18,235 nt of DNA. Origin: an uncultured bacterium. Its GTDB lineage: Bacteria > CSSED10-310 > CAZUFC01. Below are positions 16,322-18,235 of this stretch, in pieces. Location of the stretch: contig CAZUFC010000151.1 of NCBI GenBank assembly GCA_964619725.1, positions 1 to 18,235 of the forward strand, written 5' to 3'. The translations under genes were made by a program, and so were the position numbers. The stretch's first letter is position 1. Every line of letters begins with the position of its first letter. Below the pieces are notes generated by a model that worked only from the letters and a program-made list of their open reading frames with translations, did not search any database and was not told the DNA's origin.

Positions 16322-18085
16322 CTAAGAATCGCTGTTTCGCATGCGGTATGCGGCTGTGATCGTCCCGGTGAGAGAACAAACGAGCAGCAATAATCCGGCT
16401 TGCGATAAGGCCGGAACGTTTCGCCATGCGAGCTCGATATTGCGTCCCGTTTCATGGTAAATTGTGCAGGTTCCGTCCAGGCCGCTGCCGTCCCAGGTCC
16501 AACCGGGCTGATCCAGATTCTGCCGTTCATTCAACAAAGTCCCATCAACCGTTATGGTTTCGGGTTTTGTGCTCATGCGGAAAACTTCAGTCGATTCGGC
16601 GTCAAAAGTTCTGTAATGAATAGAATTCCGGTTATATTCAATGTATTGAACGATGGAGGAGGACCTCAAAAGATGATTTTCATTTCTCGGCGCCCATTCC
16701 GGAACGGCGCCCATCGCAGCGAAAATGTGCTGAACGTAATCGCCGTGGCAGTCGGTAAACCATCCGTGGTCCCTGTCCATTGCCTGAACGACAACGCGCT
16801 CCTTCTCCGGGCAACTTCCGTATGTAGTCCAGTTCAAACTTCGATAAGCCTTCTCTTTGTATGTCGGATCAACTGTCAGCTCAAAATATCGAGCGCATAT
16901 CGAAGCGTACCGGGCGGAATGACTCGTCATGGGATAATACCATCCTATTTGCTCATTCATAGTTATCGCGCCGTACTGATATTCGCCGAAAATATCCTCC
17001 ATTTCACCGATCAAAAATTCCACATGCTGCTGCCAGTCTGCATCCAGCTCCGGGTGTTCGATTAAAAATCTCGCAGTCTCCCCCAATGTTATCTGACAAT
17101 GATTATCAAAGAAATACGGCATATCCTCAAAATAATTCGACCAATTGCCCGTGCTCATCGGACCGTCCTCAGAAAAAAGCCAGGTCAGGGCAGCATCCCG
17201 GCAAACGACATAAGCGCCTCCGCCGTCGTAACCCATTTCAATCAACGCCTGAAACAGATTGATCGGTCCTACGACATAGGCGCAATATTCGTTTTGCTCA
17301 TAAACTTCGTTCGTTTCCGGCATGACTCGCCAGGGCCAGGGCGATAAATTGGCCGTTCCCGGCCTGGCGTTTGCTGCCAGAGCATCCGCACAACTGACCG
17401 CTGCAGACAAAAAATCCGGATTCTCCGTCGCCTGATACAATCTCACATAAGCAGCCCCTAATTTCCCCACCAGACTGGGCATTATGGCGCCCCCGCGGTC
17501 CGATGCCCTCGAGGGCAGCGTTCCCCCGTAATCCTGCTGATAGGGACACCCGGGCCAGTCCCAACCCTGGTCCGACGGCGTGCTGCCTTCTTCAATCATG
17601 TAACAGGCAAAATCAATAACATCTTCCTTTAGTTCGGAGTCACCCGTGAAAGCATAATAGTCCTGAACATAACTGTCGATGAACGTGGCCAGATTATCAC
17701 CCGGATTTGAATGCCAGTCCCTTCCCTCATGGGGCGGCTCGCGGTAATAGGCTGGACGGCAATAATAATAGGGATATCCATGCTCATATACCATATCGTT
17801 TTTCAAAAATTCGACCGTCAGTTCTATCATATAACGATAAGCAACCGCCGGATCGGGACTGATCCAGGATACTATCGTGTCTTCTCCGTCCAGACAGACT
17901 TCCCTGCCGTTTAATATATTCCTCTCATTCTTATCGCCGCCCCCGGAAAAAGTCTCCGCTGCCGGTCCCGCTCCCAGGATCATGCTTAATCCCAAAAATA
18001 TAAGCAGCTTCAATGCTCTCCGAGGGTGCACAAGATTATTTTTTTTGTTTTTCAGTATCATTTCTTTGCAAAACGTATGGCTCAA
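16322..18085 (-). CDS. Secreted acidic protein with probable (alpha/alpha)6-barrel glycosidase-like domain and IPTL-CTERM-like sorting tail
   Basis: Signal peptide (RRALKLLIFLGLSMILGAGPA), a helical aromatic-rich core (YVRLYQATENPDFLSAAVSCADAL), a short beta domain, and the C-terminus VPALSQAGLLLLVCSLTGTITAAYRMR. Start uncertain (TTG 18085 or ATG 18061). Confidence 0.75.
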   Translation of the reverse strand: MSHTFCKEMILKNKKNNLVHPRRALKLLIFLGLSMILGAGPAAETFSGGGDKNERNILNGREVCLDGEDTIVSWISPDPAVAYRYMIELTVEFLKNDMVYEHGYPYYYCRPAYYREPPHEGRDWHSNPGDNLATFIDSYVQDYYAFTGDSELKEDVIDFACYMIEEGSTPSDQGWDWPGCPYQQDYGGTLPSRASDRGGAIMPSLVGKLGAAYVRLYQATENPDFLSAAVSCADALAANARPGTANLSPWPWRVMPETNEVYEQNEYCAYVVGPINLFQALIEMGYDGGGAYVVCRDAALTWLFSEDGPMSTGNWSNYFEDMPYFFDNHCQITLGETARFLIEHPELDADWQQHVEFLIGEMEDIFGEYQYGAITMNEQIGWYYPMTSHSARYASICARYFELTVDPTYKEKAYRSLNWTTYGSCPEKERVVVQAMDRDHGWFTDCHGDYVQHIFAAMGAVPEWAPRNENHLLRSSSIVQYIEYNRNSIHYRTFDAESTEVFRMSTKPETITVDGTLLNERQNLDQPGWTWDGSGLDGTCTIYHETGRNIELAWRNVPALSQAGLLLLVCSLTGTITAAYRMRNSDS

Positions 18086-18132
18086 AATCCCATACTATCC
18101 ATCATTATATCGATCTGATCATGTAAAAACAA

Positions 18133-18235
18133 ATAAATTTTCGGGTCTGATCACCCCGGCGTTACACTTCTTTCAAGGCATTTGACGGTTTTTTTCAGCA
18201 TTCGGGGTCGGGGTCGGTATCGGGGTCGAAATCGA
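18133..18235 (+). repeat. Repeat copy 3 (runs to the window edge)
   Basis: ATAAATTTTCGGGTCTGATCACCCCGGCGTTACACTTCTTTCAAGGCATTTGACGGTTTTTTTCAGCATTCGGGGTCGGGGTCGGTATCGGGGTCGAAATCGA aligns with copies 1 and 2. Confidence 0.85.

Noticed and set aside
8830-18235. Repeat copies as a CRISPR array or integron attC sites
   Set aside because: They are too long, degenerate, in mixed orientation and not regularly spaced. There are no cas or intI genes and no RYYYAAC...GTTRRRY self-complementary attC structure.

Overview
Bacterial accessory/cell-envelope region with 11 well-supported CDSs. In order: a secreted TPR-CHAT (caspase-like) protease gene (-); a divergent three-gene ABC-exporter operon (+); a GT-C-like membrane glycosyltransferase (-); a frameshifted tail-fibre-like gene fragment; a small Cys-rich DUF3795-like gene (+); and a minus-strand glycan-tailoring block. 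That block encodes an IPTL-CTERM-type secreted alpha/alpha-barrel protein, a GT2, a radical SAM enzyme with a Cys-rich C-terminus, an ATP-grasp ligase, a group IV PLP decarboxylase and a GtrB/ArnC-like GT2. Three features stand out. (1) A ~100-145 bp repeat family ending in RTCGGK hexamer runs occurs three times; two copies form inverted arms around the DUF3795 gene with its own promoter, and a third starts at the right edge. (2) The ATP-grasp + decarboxylase + polyprenyl-P GT2 operon suggests an aminoacyl-modified sugar. (3) The leader upstream of the CHAT gene is stem-rich and hides an unannotated 52-aa ORF with a strong RBS. All family calls come from motif recognition by eye; no database searches were run.
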